Of a stretch of DNA of 33,957 nucleotides, positions 33,957-33,957 are shown piece by piece. This stretch comes from a virus (lineage: Duplodnaviria; Caudoviricetes), in the IMG/VR virus record IMGVR_UViG_3300021408_000103, positions 1 to 33,957 of that record; one strand, 5' to 3'. Every line of letters begins with the position of its first letter. Within the stretch, counting starts at the first letter, position 1. The position numbers and the translations under genes were made by a program. Below the pieces are notes generated by a model, which was not told where the DNA came from, made no database searches, and was given only the letters and a program-made list of their open reading frames with translations.

Positions 33957-33957
33957 G

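Larger units (their letters stand above)
1..33957. mobile_element. Temperate siphophage/prophage (actinobacterial), probably extending beyond both window ends
   Basis: Ordered packaging-head-neck-tail-lysis genes at 32-22014, integrase and XRE regulator at 31445-33957, no host core genes in between. Whether 22.1-34 kb belongs to the same element is inferred, not shown. Confidence 0.85.

Noticed and set aside
1-33957. CRISPR array, diversity-generating retroelement, retron or IS element
   Set aside because: No regularly spaced repeat-spacer units, reverse transcriptase, adenine-specific repeat pair or transposase was seen. The three TMP-motif copies differ at all base types.

Overview
The window is a high-GC actinobacterial temperate siphophage or prophage segment with no recognisable host housekeeping genes. 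1-22.1 kb (+): terminases, HK97-type portal/protease/capsid, neck genes, two paralogous tail-tube-like genes, a tail chaperone with a -1 frameshift, an antisense membrane-protein moron, tape measure protein (TMP), tail-tip/fibre genes including an SGNH esterase, and an amidase lysis cassette ending in a terminator. 22.1-27.2 kb: a Cys-rich moron, a highly base-paired ~240-nt intergenic element, and a leftward run of small coupled ORFs headed by a ribbon-helix-helix regulator and containing a short tyrosine recombinase. 27.2-31 kb (+): a Streptomyces-plasmid/AICE-like transfer module (small membrane genes, DUF2637/SpdA-like gene, TraB/FtsK-like translocase, 8-bp clt-like repeats) with no Rep or relaxase visible. 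31.4-34 kb: a large serine integrase containing a perfect 34-bp inverted repeat, convergent with a DUF397 / XRE-DUF5753 pair. The best candidates for new biology are (i) a possibly conjugative phage carrying TraB and clt, (ii) two stand-alone microproteins that copy the TMP C-terminal motif, each directly upstream of a tail-tube paralogue, and (iii) the structured intergenic element. All family calls come from motif recognition and synteny by eye; no searches or folding programs were run.
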